Positions 34,786 to 44,203 of a DNA stretch of 45,583 nt are shown one piece after another (the stretch's first letter is position 1; every line of letters starts with the position of its first letter). The stretch lies in the IMG/VR virus record IMGVR_UViG_3300032373_000026, positions 1-45,583 of that record, one strand, 5' to 3'. The notes beneath the pieces are model-generated. The model worked only from the letters and a program-made list of their open reading frames with translations. It had not been told where the DNA came from and made no database searches. A program made the position numbers and the translations under genes. Source of the DNA: a virus (taxonomy: Duplodnaviria > Caudoviricetes).

Positions 34786-34919
34786 CCCGCCCGTGGACCG
34801 GCCCCACCAACTCAACCGTCTACCCGTCCGACTTTCTCGGAAAGCTCTGCGTGGCCATCGCCGCTGGGTGCGCGGGTGGAGTTCTTCTCGGCCTTCTCAC
34901 AGCAGGAGCAATCCATTGA
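34782..34919 (+). CDS. Small membrane peptide (45 aa)
   Basis: MTRPWTGPTNSTVYPSDFLGKLCVAIAAGCAGGVLLGLLTAGAIH; overlap-coupled at both ends. Confidence 0.5.
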   Translation: MTRPWTGPTNSTVYPSDFLGKLCVAIAAGCAGGVLLGLLTAGAIH

Positions 34920-35347
34920 CCGATGAAATCACAATCACGGACGCGAACGCTCGCCACTTTTTGGCAACGCTGCATGGGCGGCTCAATCAAGTCCGGACGC
35001 AATTGGAGCACGCCCCATATCGGCACGCTGTCCGCCTCCTGAGCGAGATTGGCGACACGGAGGCCGAGCTTGCCGAACTGGTCGGATTCGACCTGACTCA
35101 TTTCTGCGGCTGTGGCCAACCTGTCTGCGCCGAAGACGACGTCATCCACTTCGAGGGTGGCCCGGCTGATCCCTGCATCACCTGCTCCGCCCTCTACGAG
35201 GAAGCGGCCGTAAAGGTCGCCACTCAGTTGGTCCTCGAGGGGCGCTCCCGCGGTGAGATCCTCGCCGAACTTCGAGACAAGCACGGCCAAACCCGCAGCG
35301 CCGGATGGCTCGACACCGTTGCTGGCTCGATTGCGAGCGCAGCATGA
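34916..35347 (+). CDS. Hypothetical protein with Cys cluster
   Basis: TTG start with AGGAG RBS; CGCG..VC ... C..C. Confidence 0.65.
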   Translation: MTDEITITDANARHFLATLHGRLNQVRTQLEHAPYRHAVRLLSEIGDTEAELAELVGFDLTHFCGCGQPVCAEDDVIHFEGGPADPCITCSALYEEAAVKVATQLVLEGRSRGEILAELRDKHGQTRSAGWLDTVAGSIASAA

Positions 35348-35468
35348 ACGCCCGTCCGCCCCGCCACGAGCCGATCCCCCGCCCCTGCTGCACTGGCCGC
35401 AATGCGATGCCGGCTGCATTGGCGGAAGCCAAGCCGAAACTCCCAACCCAGCCGAAGGAGCCATCCTG

Positions 35469-35882
35469 ATGAACGCGTTCCACAACCTGATGACCGAGGC
35501 CCAGAGCCAATGGGAAGAGGCCCAGAAGCACGCCAATCTGGCGCAGCGTTTTATCGGTAAAGCCGACGCCACCGGCAATGAGCCCGGCGATACCGTCTGC
35601 CGGGCGCCTCTGGAGGCCGCACAGCGCCAATTCGACCGGGCGGGGCAGTGCGTCCGCAGAGCATCCGACGCGCTCTCCAAGGCCCTCGCAATCCGCCCTG
35701 ATATCGAACTCACCGCGAAGGGTCTGGCTGCTATCGACCACGCCAGAGAGGGCGCCCCCCCAAGACAAGCGCCCGTTGACGGAACCCCGCCGGTCGAGCG
35801 CTCGAACGTGACCCCGATCCCGATCCGGCGACACCCGCTCCCCGGCTCTCTCGACCACGACCCCGGCCCGAGCGCGGCATGA
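35469..35882 (+). CDS. Hypothetical protein
   Basis: AAGGAG RBS before ATG 35469. Confidence 0.7.
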   Translation: MNAFHNLMTEAQSQWEEAQKHANLAQRFIGKADATGNEPGDTVCRAPLEAAQRQFDRAGQCVRRASDALSKALAIRPDIELTAKGLAAIDHAREGAPPRQAPVDGTPPVERSNVTPIPIRRHPLPGSLDHDPGPSAA

Positions 35883-36019
35883 AAATTCTGCGCGTCCAGA
35901 AGCACCGCATCCGGGTCCGCGCATTCTGGGCCCAATGGTCCCCGGCCGCATGTGCCGGGCTGATCGCTGCGGGCCTCGTCACCTCGCTCGTCTACCTGCT
36001 CTGGCAGGCCGGGCACTGA
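35879..36019 (+). CDS. Small membrane peptide (46 aa)
   Basis: MKILRVQKHRIRVRAFWAQWSPAACAGLIAAGLVTSLVYLLWQAGH; ATGA coupling. Confidence 0.5.
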   Translation: MKILRVQKHRIRVRAFWAQWSPAACAGLIAAGLVTSLVYLLWQAGH

Positions 36020-36072
36020 CCTCCCACCCCTCTGCCGGGCGCGAATGCCCGGACCTTTTTGGAGATACCAAC

Positions 36073-37125
36073 ATGGCTGAAGCCGTAATCCTCGACACCG
36101 AAACCGACCTGGCCGGCAATCTCGTCGCCATCGTCGAGAAAGACGCCACCCCGTTCCTGACCGACACCAATGCGCGCCGCGACTTCATGGATCAGGTCCG
36201 CTCGGTCGCCAGCAGCGCCGGAACCGACGTTTCCACGTCCAAGAGCCGGGCCGACATTGTGTCTCTCGCCGCCAAGGTGACGCGCTGCAAGACGACGATC
36301 GACGGCGCTGGCAAGGCGATGACCGAGGAGTGGCGCGCGAAGACCAATGCGGTCAACGAGGCCCGCAAGGAAATCCGCGACGAGTTCACCCAGCTTGCGG
36401 CCGAAATCCGCCGCCCGGTCAGCGACTGGGAGGAAGCCGAGCGGCAACGCGAGGAAGCCGCAAAGCAACTCATCACCGACCTGCGCGCCATCGTCGCCAG
36501 CCCAGCGCCGATGGGCGCGACCGCCGATGATATCCGGTCCCGCATCGCGGTCACCGAAGGGGTGGCGATTGATGCCGAGGTCTTCGGCGATGATGTCGAG
36601 TTCGCGCAATCGCAAAAAGCGCAGGCCATCGACGCGCTCAAAGGGGCCCTGGCCAGCGTCGAGAAGGCAGAGGCCGAAAAAGCCGAGCTGGAAGAATTGC
36701 GCCGGACCGCCGCCGAGCGTGAGGCCAAGGACCGGGCTGAAGCCGAGGCGCGCGAAGCCAAGGCACGCGAGGAAGCCGAAGCCAAGGCCCGCGCCGAACG
36801 CGAAGCCGAGGAAGCCAAGCGCCAGGAAGCCGAGGCGAAAGCACGCCAGGCCGAAGCCGAACGGCTGGCCGCCGAAGCCGCTGAGAAGGCCCGGCAGGAA
36901 GAGCGCGAGCGCATCGAGGCCGAACAGCGTGCCAAGCACGAAGCCGCCGAGAAGGCCGCTGCCGACGCGGAGCGCAAGGCTCGCAATGCCAAGCACCGCG
37001 CCCGGATCCGGTCAGAAGTCGCGGAAACCCTCGAAACCCGCTTCGAGCTGGACGGCGCGCGCGCCAATGCGATCGCCGCAGCCATCGAAGCCGGCGAAGT
37101 CCCTCACACCTCAATCCAGTTTTAG
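36073..37125 (+). CDS. Coiled-coil phage protein preceding the recombination genes
   Basis: 'DVST.K.R..I.SLA.KV...KT..D..GK', 'R.P...WE', C-terminal 'I..G.VPH..I.F'. Confidence 0.85.
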   Translation: MAEAVILDTETDLAGNLVAIVEKDATPFLTDTNARRDFMDQVRSVASSAGTDVSTSKSRADIVSLAAKVTRCKTTIDGAGKAMTEEWRAKTNAVNEARKEIRDEFTQLAAEIRRPVSDWEEAERQREEAAKQLITDLRAIVASPAPMGATADDIRSRIAVTEGVAIDAEVFGDDVEFAQSQKAQAIDALKGALASVEKAEAEKAELEELRRTAAEREAKDRAEAEAREAKAREEAEAKARAEREAEEAKRQEAEAKARQAEAERLAAEAAEKARQEERERIEAEQRAKHEAAEKAAADAERKARNAKHRARIRSEVAETLETRFELDGARANAIAAAIEAGEVPHTSIQF

Positions 37126-37134
37126 GAGGCTATC

Positions 37135-38013
37135 ATGGTCGCAGAAACCGAAATCCTTGACGCCGAAACCGGCGAGCCGGAAGCGCCCTCCCGTGATGTC
37201 GCGGTTCACCAAGATCACCAAGCACTCGCTACGGCACGTCCGTCCGGAATGACCCCTATGGAGATGGTCGAGGCCGCCGTTACCGCTGGCCGTGACCTTG
37301 CCGTTATCGACAAGCTGATGGACCTCCAAGAGCGCTGGGAACGGAACCAGGGCAAGAAGGCTTTCGACAATGCAGTGGCGGACGCCAAGGCGAAGATCCC
37401 GCCAATCGTCAAGAATCGAGAGGTCGACTTCACGAACAAGTCTGGCCAGAGAACGCACTACCGACACGAGGATATGGCCGGGGTCGCGCGTGTCGTGGAT
37501 CCGATCCTCTCCGAGTTTGGCCTTTCCTACCGCTACCGGACCGAAATCCGCGACGGGATTATTTGGGTCACATGCATCCTGTCCCACCGTGACGGGTATA
37601 GCGAGGAGACCGCCCTTCCGGCCGCTCGTGACGAATCCGGCAACAAGAACTCCATCCAGGCGATGGGCTCTACCGTCACCTATCTTCAGCGCTACACGAT
37701 CAAGGCGGCGCTGGGCCTGGCTTCGACTCACGACGATGACGCTCAATCCGCCGAAGCGCGCGCCGAAGACCTCGAACCGCTTAGCGAAGACCGGGTCAAG
37801 CATATCCGGTCCGAGCTGGAATCCTTGGGCGCCGACGAGGCCGCGTTCTGCGAATACCTCAAGGTGCCGAACCTCACGGAAATGCCGGCGGGCCGGTTCT
37901 CCGATGCGTGTCAGGCGCTGGCGGCAAAGCGTCGGCAGGCTGAGAAGGCCAAGGCTCAGGCTGAAGCCGCTCGCGATGCCGAAACTGAAGCCGCCTCAGA
38001 GGATCAGTCATGA
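37135..38013 (+). CDS. ERF-family single-strand annealing protein
   Basis: 'KLMDLQERW....K..F..A', 'P.L...GLS', 'VTC.L.H..G', 'Q..GS..TY..RY....ALG.....DDD'. Confidence 0.9.
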   Translation: MVAETEILDAETGEPEAPSRDVAVHQDHQALATARPSGMTPMEMVEAAVTAGRDLAVIDKLMDLQERWERNQGKKAFDNAVADAKAKIPPIVKNREVDFTNKSGQRTHYRHEDMAGVARVVDPILSEFGLSYRYRTEIRDGIIWVTCILSHRDGYSEETALPAARDESGNKNSIQAMGSTVTYLQRYTIKAALGLASTHDDDAQSAEARAEDLEPLSEDRVKHIRSELESLGADEAAFCEYLKVPNLTEMPAGRFSDACQALAAKRRQAEKAKAQAEAARDAETEAASEDQS

Positions 38014-38630
38014 TCGCCCAGGGCAGCCCGGAATGGCATGAGCAGCGCAGGGGACGGGTCACCGGCTCCCGTATCCACTGCCTGATTGCTTCGGGCAGCG
38101 GCGCCGGCCGCAAATCCTACATGCGCGAGCTGTTGCTCGAACGCCTGACCGGTAAGGTCGCGGATGGTTTTCGGTCGGCCGCCATGGATCGGGGAACCGA
38201 GCTCGAACCTGACGCGGTGCGGGCCTATGAGTTCTTCCACGACCAGACCGTGATCGAGGTAGGGTTCGTCACTCACCCGACGCTTGACCTTGCGGGCGCC
38301 AGCCCTGACCGGCTTGTCGGTCATGACGGCGTGGTGGAGGTCAAATGCCCGCTCGCACCGGCGCACCTCGACTTCCTCGAGGGCAAATCCATCAAGCCGG
38401 AATACGTCTCGCAGATGCAATGGGAAATGGCCTGCACGGGCCGCGCCTGGTGCGACTTCGTTTCGTTCAACCAGGACTTCCCGGAGGCGATGCGCCTGAA
38501 GGTCGTCCGCATCCAGCGCGACGATGCCCATATCCGCAGGCTCGAAGCGGCGACCCGCTCATTCCTCGAGGAATTGTCGATCGAGGTCGACAAGCTCCGC
38601 TTCCGGTATGAGGGCGCACAGGCGGCATGA
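38010..38630 (+). CDS. Lambda-exonuclease (YqaJ) family protein
   Basis: 'QGSPEW...R.G..T.S', 'M..G..LEP.A...YE', 'GASPD.LV..DG..E.KCP', 'Y..QMQ..M'. Confidence 0.92.
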   Translation: MIAQGSPEWHEQRRGRVTGSRIHCLIASGSGAGRKSYMRELLLERLTGKVADGFRSAAMDRGTELEPDAVRAYEFFHDQTVIEVGFVTHPTLDLAGASPDRLVGHDGVVEVKCPLAPAHLDFLEGKSIKPEYVSQMQWEMACTGRAWCDFVSFNQDFPEAMRLKVVRIQRDDAHIRRLEAATRSFLEELSIEVDKLRFRYEGAQAA

Positions 38631-39061
38631 GCAAGGATCGCGAGACAATCCGGCTGAACAGCGAGAAAAACGTCGCCAAGGCGACCTCGTGGCTGCGCCA
38701 AATGGTTGAGACGAAGCGTCTCGCCGAAGGGTGGATTCTCTCGTTCACGCGCAAGCGCACGGATCTGCAAAACGCTCGAATGTGGGCCATTTTGCGGACC
38801 ATCGCCAAGGCCCGGCCGCGCCATTTCGGGCAGATCATGGATGACGATGACTACAAGGTCATGTTCGTCCACGGCCTACGCAAGGAAGCGCGCTTCATCC
38901 CGGACATGACCGGCGAGGGCGTCATCCCGATTCCTTACTCGTCGAGCGATCTCACCGTCTCCGAATTCAACATGCTCTTTGAAATCATCGAACGCTTCTG
39001 CGCCGAAAAGGGCATCGACATCAGCCACCACGCCGAACCGAAAAAGGACAAAGCCGCATGA
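38627..39061 (+). CDS. NinB/Orf-like recombination protein
   Basis: 'KRT..QNA.MWA.L..IA', 'SS.L.V.EF..L.E.I..F.AE.G'. Confidence 0.8.
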   Translation: MSKDRETIRLNSEKNVAKATSWLRQMVETKRLAEGWILSFTRKRTDLQNARMWAILRTIAKARPRHFGQIMDDDDYKVMFVHGLRKEARFIPDMTGEGVIPIPYSSSDLTVSEFNMLFEIIERFCAEKGIDISHHAEPKKDKAA

Positions 39062-39312
39062 AATACATTTACCGCGCACTCGCAGTGACCGGAGCGGTCC
39101 TGCTCTTTGCTGCTGCCGCCACCGTTGCCCTCATGAGCGTCGGCTACCTGATCGCTCTTATCGCGTCGTTGATCCCGCTCATTCTGTTGGGTGGCATTTC
39201 CGCCGGCTTGGCTTTCGCCGGGTTTCGCTTGATGGACGTCCCCGATCCGATTTCCGCAGCCGTTGAGAACGCCATCGCCAAGGCCGTCAACGATTCCGCA
39301 AAGGAGGCCTGA
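39058..39312 (+). CDS. Small membrane protein
   Basis: Two hydrophobic segments; ATGA coupling. Confidence 0.7.
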   Translation: MKYIYRALAVTGAVLLFAAAATVALMSVGYLIALIASLIPLILLGGISAGLAFAGFRLMDVPDPISAAVENAIAKAVNDSAKEA

Positions 39313-39313
39313 C

Positions 39314-39754
39314 ATGACGGCCACTTCAACCGGTCGCTCCCCGACCGAAATTGACCAGCACGTCGGCGCCCGGGTCCGGGTTCGCCGGTCCACATTGGGA
39401 ATGAGCCAGTCAGAGCTTGGTGAACAGCTCGGTGTGACCTTCCAGCAGGTCCAGAAATACGAGCGCGGCACGAACCGGGTCGGCGCGTCCCGCCTCTTCC
39501 ACATGGCTCGCATCCTTGGCGTCCAGGTCGGATACTTCTTCGAGGGGCTGGAAGAAACCGGCGACCCGACCTCACCGGACAGCGAGACAATGTACGACTT
39601 CATCGCCAGCCCGGACGGCTTGGCTCTGGCGTCCGCCTTCTCCGGTATCAGCGACCAGACCACTCGCCGCCGGGTGATCGACCTTCTGCGCGCCCTGGCC
39701 GGGCCGGAGCTGACGCATGCCGAGGTCAAGTCGATTTGGGGGAAGGCCGCATGA
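39314..39754 (+). CDS. Alphaproteobacterial-type XRE transcription factor
   Basis: 'ID.HVG.R.R.RR..LGMSQ..LG..LGVTFQQVQKYE.G.NRV.ASRL...A..L.V...YFFEG'. Confidence 0.92.
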   Translation: MTATSTGRSPTEIDQHVGARVRVRRSTLGMSQSELGEQLGVTFQQVQKYERGTNRVGASRLFHMARILGVQVGYFFEGLEETGDPTSPDSETMYDFIASPDGLALASAFSGISDQTTRRRVIDLLRALAGPELTHAEVKSIWGKAA

Positions 39755-40101
39755 CTGACCACCATTTCGTCCACGCCGAAATCCTCGAACGCTTCACGCT
39801 TCCGGGCAGGGGCTTCTTCCCGGCGGCCGAGATCCGGATCGGGACTATCGGTGACGAGTGGTTTGTCGGCACCGACTACACGCTTTCGACCGGAGAAGGC
39901 GGAGGCGGGCCTGTTGGATACTGGACAAGCTGGAAGGACCGCCACGCTCACCCTTCACGGGACGCCGCCCTCGCCGCCGGCATCGCTGAGCTGCGCGCCA
40001 AGATGAAAGACCGAGCCGAAAAGGCGAAGGCGCAACTCGAATGGCTCGACGAGATCGCAGACGGCCTGCAGCAACCCTTACTATTCGGAGATGCCGCATG
40101 A
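39751..40101 (+). CDS. Hypothetical protein
   Basis: ATGA coupling. Confidence 0.7.
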   Translation: MTDHHFVHAEILERFTLPGRGFFPAAEIRIGTIGDEWFVGTDYTLSTGEGGGGPVGYWTSWKDRHAHPSRDAALAAGIAELRAKMKDRAEKAKAQLEWLDEIADGLQQPLLFGDAA

Positions 40102-40673
40102 CCGCACCAACAGCATACCCGCTCGCATGGCCGGATGGGCACCCGCGAGACCCGAAGCCGCGCGCTTCAAAATTCAAGGTCACGCTCCATCAAGCCTTGA
40201 AGGACCTGAACGACGAGCTGCGTCTGTTCGGGGAAGAGACCGGAAGAAAGGTCGAGAACGTCGTGATCAGTTCGAATGTGACGCTTGGCTCGACACGCCC
40301 GGACGATTGTGGGGTGGCCGTCTATTTCTCCTGGGACGGGGAACAGCGCGGCATTGCTGTCGATCGATATTTGAAGGTCGAGGACAACGTTCGGGCCATT
40401 TACTACATCCTGAACGGCAGGCGCCAAGAGATGCGGCACGGCGGGCTGACCATCGTGCGGGCCGCGTTCAGGGGGTTCACGGCCCTTCCCAATCCCGACC
40501 GGCAGAACTGGCGCTCGACGCTTGGTCTCGGCCCTGACGCCGGACTGACCGCCGCTGAAGCTGCCTATCGAACGGGCGTGAAGCAATTCCACCCAGATCG
40601 GCCGACCGGCGACGCGGAGCAATTCCACAAGATCAACCAGGCCATCGAGCAGGCCCGCACGGAGCTGTCATGA
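40098..40673 (+). CDS. Phage protein with C-terminal J domain
   Basis: 'YPL.WP.G.PR', 'D.GVAVYF', 'W...LG......AYR......HPD..G....F..IN.A'. Confidence 0.85.
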   Translation: MTAPTAYPLAWPDGHPRDPKPRASKFKVTLHQALKDLNDELRLFGEETGRKVENVVISSNVTLGSTRPDDCGVAVYFSWDGEQRGIAVDRYLKVEDNVRAIYYILNGRRQEMRHGGLTIVRAAFRGFTALPNPDRQNWRSTLGLGPDAGLTAAEAAYRTGVKQFHPDRPTGDAEQFHKINQAIEQARTELS

Positions 40674-40746
40674 CCCACCGTCGATCCGGAACCCTATGGG
40701 CCGTGCTGGCTCTGTTTGCTGCTGCTGTATTTGGAGGAATGAACTG

Positions 40747-41487
40747 ATGGCCATCCGACCGATTGCATTCACCGGGGCGATGGTTTCCGCGCTTCTGGAT
40801 GGGCGGAAGGTGCAGACTAGGCGGGTGCTGAAACCACAGCCAAAGTCCGGCTTCAACCCGTGGCAGTGCGAATGCACCGGAGAATGGTGGCAAAGCGGCT
40901 ACGGCGAAGCCGGTGACGATTTACTCGCCGTGCCCTACGCGGTCGGCGACCTCCTCTATGTCCGGGAGCGGCATTACGCGGATATGGTTTCGTCCTGCGG
41001 AAAGTACGCTCGAATTCTCTACAGCGTTGATGACCGCGTGTCGGTCAATATTGATTGGCCTTCACGCTGTCGGCTTCCCGTCGTGGGGAAAAACCGCCCG
41101 CCCATGTTCCTGCCTCGCGAATACTCCCGCCTCACCCTCAAGGTGACAGACGTTCGGGTCGAGCGGGTGAAGCAGATCAGCGAGGCCGATGCGAAAGCGG
41201 AGGGCGTTCGTGTCCTCCCTCTGCAACGCGTGGATGACCCCTCCGCATGGTGGGAGGTGGGGCCGGGTAAGCATCAGGCCCGCACACCACGCGGGTCCTT
41301 CCGCTCTCTATGGGGCAGCATCAACTCTCCGCGCGGTTTCGGCTGGCAGGAAAATCCGTGGGTGGTCGCAGTCAGCTTTTCCGTGATCCGGGCGAACGTG
41401 GATCAGCTCTCCGGCCCGCAGGCGCAAGCCGAGGACACGGAGCGAGAGCGCAGCGAAGCCACCACAACAACAAGGACAGGACAATGA
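40747..41487 (+). CDS. ASCH/PUA-like phage protein
   Basis: 'PI.F...MV.A.L.GRK.QTRR', 'GD.LYVRE', 'SRLTL.VT.VRVER...ISE.DA.AEG', 'W..NPWV....F'. Confidence 0.8.
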   Translation: MAIRPIAFTGAMVSALLDGRKVQTRRVLKPQPKSGFNPWQCECTGEWWQSGYGEAGDDLLAVPYAVGDLLYVRERHYADMVSSCGKYARILYSVDDRVSVNIDWPSRCRLPVVGKNRPPMFLPREYSRLTLKVTDVRVERVKQISEADAKAEGVRVLPLQRVDDPSAWWEVGPGKHQARTPRGSFRSLWGSINSPRGFGWQENPWVVAVSFSVIRANVDQLSGPQAQAEDTERERSEATTTTRTGQ

Positions 41488-41657
41488 GTAACCTATGGCT
41501 AAACGTCCGCTTTGGGAGCGCACACCTGCAATGGTGCTACGGTGATTTGTTTCCCTGCATAGGCGTGAATGACTGGCACCGACGCGACGGACCTGCGCGC
41601 AACTCTCCTGAGTGGGCGTGGTTCGAAGTCCTCCATATCAGCAACCCGTTTGCATAG
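41484..41657 (+). CDS. Small hypothetical protein
   Basis: AGGA RBS, ATGA coupling. Confidence 0.55.
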   Translation: MSNLWLNVRFGSAHLQWCYGDLFPCIGVNDWHRRDGPARNSPEWAWFEVLHISNPFA

Positions 41658-41667
41658 GAGCAACCCA

Positions 41668-42051
41668 ATGACCGAACGTGAAGAACTGGAAGCCGTGATT
41701 GAGACGGCTGTGAACGAAGCGCTGGACGTTGCCGGCCAGACCGGGGGCTTTCCGCCGTTCCGTGAGAAGATCGCCACCGCCCTCCTCTCATCTGGCTATA
41801 CCAAGGGTAATGGTGAGCTGGTGGAGGCTGTGCGGCAGGCTGTTGCGGATTTAGACGGCGGCTTTTTCCGCTGCAAGGCGTGCGGGCACCAGCACGATGA
41901 AATCGGCACGGAACTTGATCCGGTTGATGACCTCCGCAAAGCCCTCTCAGACAGTGAAGGGGTGGCTACCTCTGGTGGGGATGACTGGCAACCAATCGAG
42001 ACAGCGCAGGACACGCAGCGAGCCGCCAATGGAGACCATCATGACGAATGA
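41668..42051 (+). CDS. Hypothetical protein (CxxC, WQPIETA motif)
   Basis: AGGAG RBS; WQPIETA is a common phage short motif. Confidence 0.65.
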   Translation: MTEREELEAVIETAVNEALDVAGQTGGFPPFREKIATALLSSGYTKGNGELVEAVRQAVADLDGGFFRCKACGHQHDEIGTELDPVDDLRKALSDSEGVATSGGDDWQPIETAQDTQRAANGDHHDE

Positions 42052-42721
42052 ACGCGGTTGCGAACACGCGGGCCTTGACCCCTCCCCTGTATGCGTGGAG
42101 GGGAAGGAGCTGGAGTGGGAGCACGTCGAGGGCGCGTCAGATGATGGCGGTGCTTGGTTCGCCCAGTTCGGCGACCTTATTCGATATGAAATCTGGCAGG
42201 CCCGCGAAGGCTTCGAATGGTGCATGACTGCGAATGGCGAAGTTGATCTTTGCGAGGTCCAGCGCTGCCCCATCCTCGAAGCCGCACAAGCCGCCTGCGA
42301 CGCTGACCACGAACGCCGCACCTTGGAACTCGTCAACGCCCGGTCTGTGGAGAGCGTGAGGGCTGAGTATGCCCAGCGCGAACGCATGATCGTCAGCCAT
42401 GCGACGAGCGGTTCGACCACCGGAGAAGGGCTGAGCGTCAACGACATTTCTCTGCGGGTAACAGAGTTGAGAAATCACATATGGGACCGGGCGAACGCGA
42501 ACGGGCGGGAAGAACGGGACCGGGAGCTAGAGCCTGTTTTCGCGGCGCTGAAGAAGCACCATGACCAAGCTTTGCGGGTCGGCTCCGTGATTTTTCCGGC
42601 TGAGCCTGACATGCCCGAACCGGTCGAGATCGACTTGTCCGAGGCGTATGCGGACTCGTCACTCTACGAAGAAACCGTGGCGGCGCTTGCCCTCCGCTCT
42701 CTTACAGAGGGGGAAGGGTGA
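42041..42721 (+). CDS. Hypothetical protein
   Basis: GGAG RBS; 'LEW...A.AAC.AD.E.R' phage motif. Confidence 0.7.
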   Translation: MTNERGCEHAGLDPSPVCVEGKELEWEHVEGASDDGGAWFAQFGDLIRYEIWQAREGFEWCMTANGEVDLCEVQRCPILEAAQAACDADHERRTLELVNARSVESVRAEYAQRERMIVSHATSGSTTGEGLSVNDISLRVTELRNHIWDRANANGREERDRELEPVFAALKKHHDQALRVGSVIFPAEPDMPEPVEIDLSEAYADSSLYEETVAALALRSLTEGEG

Positions 42722-42987
42722 TGGGCATTCATCCCGACAAGCCGTTGCTGGATGGCGTCCCTTTCGACGACCTGCACGGCATGCATGAGAGCATTTCATC
42801 GCGCCTGATATATGACGGGTTGGTGTTCGGCACGGAATTCAAGCGCGGCAACTGCACCTTTGGCGGCTTCATCATCGCTGGGAGCTTTGATGCGGCTGTA
42901 ACCGCTGCCGAGGGTCGCGGGCTGGGGGAGATTGTGATCGGGCAAATTGCAGCACGAATACCGGTACAAGGAGGACCAACACCATGA
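42721..42987 (+). CDS. Hypothetical protein
   Basis: TGATG coupling. Confidence 0.65.
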   Translation: MGIHPDKPLLDGVPFDDLHGMHESISSRLIYDGLVFGTEFKRGNCTFGGFIIAGSFDAAVTAAEGRGLGEIVIGQIAARIPVQGGPTP

Positions 42988-43574
42988 CCAATGATGATGA
43001 CAGGTACACAGTAAAAGCTGAGGGCGGAATTGATTTCGCCTATTCGCTGGACGGCGGATACATCGGAAGCCCCAAGGAAGCGCAATTCCTTTGCGGTGAG
43101 CGCGGAATTGCGCCGCAAAAGGCTGCGCCAGATGACACCGTATGCAGCATTGGTTTCTGCGAAAAAGAGCAGAAGTGGTACGGCTGGTCGCACCGCGCCA
43201 TGTACGGGTTCGGCGTGGGATCAACGGTTAAAAAGGGCGATTGCGGGTATGTCGCGCCGACCCCGGAAGGCCTGATAGAAGATCATGCCGCCTTCTATGC
43301 GGACATCAGCAAGGAGAGCGCAGAGCGACACCGCGCGGAGTGCCAGATTCTGCCCGACAGATCGGGCATCAGAATTCTACACGCGCCTTTGCTCCTTCCG
43401 GTTGTTTCGCTTGATGACCTGGATTCAGCGCTCGATGGCGAACCCGTTGTGGCCGAGCAAACGGACATATCGCCGGGCTATACCGAAGTAAAATGTGGGC
43501 GCGGGGAGTGGACGGCGGAAACCCTAAGTGATGCTCGCGAAATGGCCATGGATTTTGCGAAGAGCGTGTCATGA
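42984..43574 (+). CDS. Hypothetical phage protein
   Basis: AGGAGG RBS; 'SIGF...EQKWYGWSHRA..GF..G'. Confidence 0.75.
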   Translation: MTNDDDRYTVKAEGGIDFAYSLDGGYIGSPKEAQFLCGERGIAPQKAAPDDTVCSIGFCEKEQKWYGWSHRAMYGFGVGSTVKKGDCGYVAPTPEGLIEDHAAFYADISKESAERHRAECQILPDRSGIRILHAPLLLPVVSLDDLDSALDGEPVVAEQTDISPGYTEVKCGRGEWTAETLSDAREMAMDFAKSVS

Positions 43575-43918
43575 CCAATGATGATGAGGCTCGCGAAGCT
43601 GCGGTCCGGGTGATGCGGTTCCTGAAAGAGCTATTCCGACCGTCTCTGAAATGCTCTCGGATCGGTCACAAGACGGGCCACCGGGAGCGCCGGGGCCTCC
43701 GCGCGGACAGCGCTCATGGCGTAGCGGATAGCATCATTGAGCGTCAGGAGGCGTGCATGCGTTGTGACGCCGCGCTTTCGCCGTGGGAAGTCGTGCACAG
43801 CCGGACGATCCACAGCCTTTCGATGCCGACCGATGACATGGATGAGCTTCGCAGCACCGGCAGGCTCTACCACTGGGGCCCTAAATGGGTCGCCCTCACC
43901 CCATTCCAGAAAGGCTGA
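43571..43918 (+). CDS. Hypothetical protein (C...GH ... C.RC)
   Basis: ATGA coupling. Confidence 0.6.
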   Translation: MTNDDEAREAAVRVMRFLKELFRPSLKCSRIGHKTGHRERRGLRADSAHGVADSIIERQEACMRCDAALSPWEVVHSRTIHSLSMPTDDMDELRSTGRLYHWGPKWVALTPFQKG

Positions 43919-43960
43919 CCAATAGCCGCGCGCTCGGACATAATCGCCCGGCTCGGCGTG

Positions 43961-44203
43961 ATGCCCTTCGCCCTCACCCAGGGTGAGGCTGCAGCCATGT
44001 GTGCGGTCCCGGTCGGCTATTTTCAAGCCCATTGCCCGGTCATTCCAATGAAGCGAGGCAACCGCCTTCTCTACCCGTCTGACGAGGTGAAGGCGTGGTT
44101 CAGGGAGCACTGGCTTGCGCAGACCGGTCAATCCGAGAATGATGCCGGCCCTGCGGGTGACTGGACGGGGCGCTTCAACGACGATGACCAAGATGCGGCT
44201 TGA
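43961..44203 (+). CDS. Excisionase-like wHTH protein
   Basis: 'LT..EAA.MC.V....F....PV.P...G.RLLY...V..W'; overlaps the integrase start. Confidence 0.7.
   Translation: MPFALTQGEAAAMCAVPVGYFQAHCPVIPMKRGNRLLYPSDEVKAWFREHWLAQTGQSENDAGPAGDWTGRFNDDDQDAA

Noticed and set aside
34820-37085. Long minus-strand ORFs (398, 334 and 297 aa)
   Set aside because: Shadows of coupled plus-strand early genes; low-complexity Ala/Ser/Arg or Leu/Gly translations
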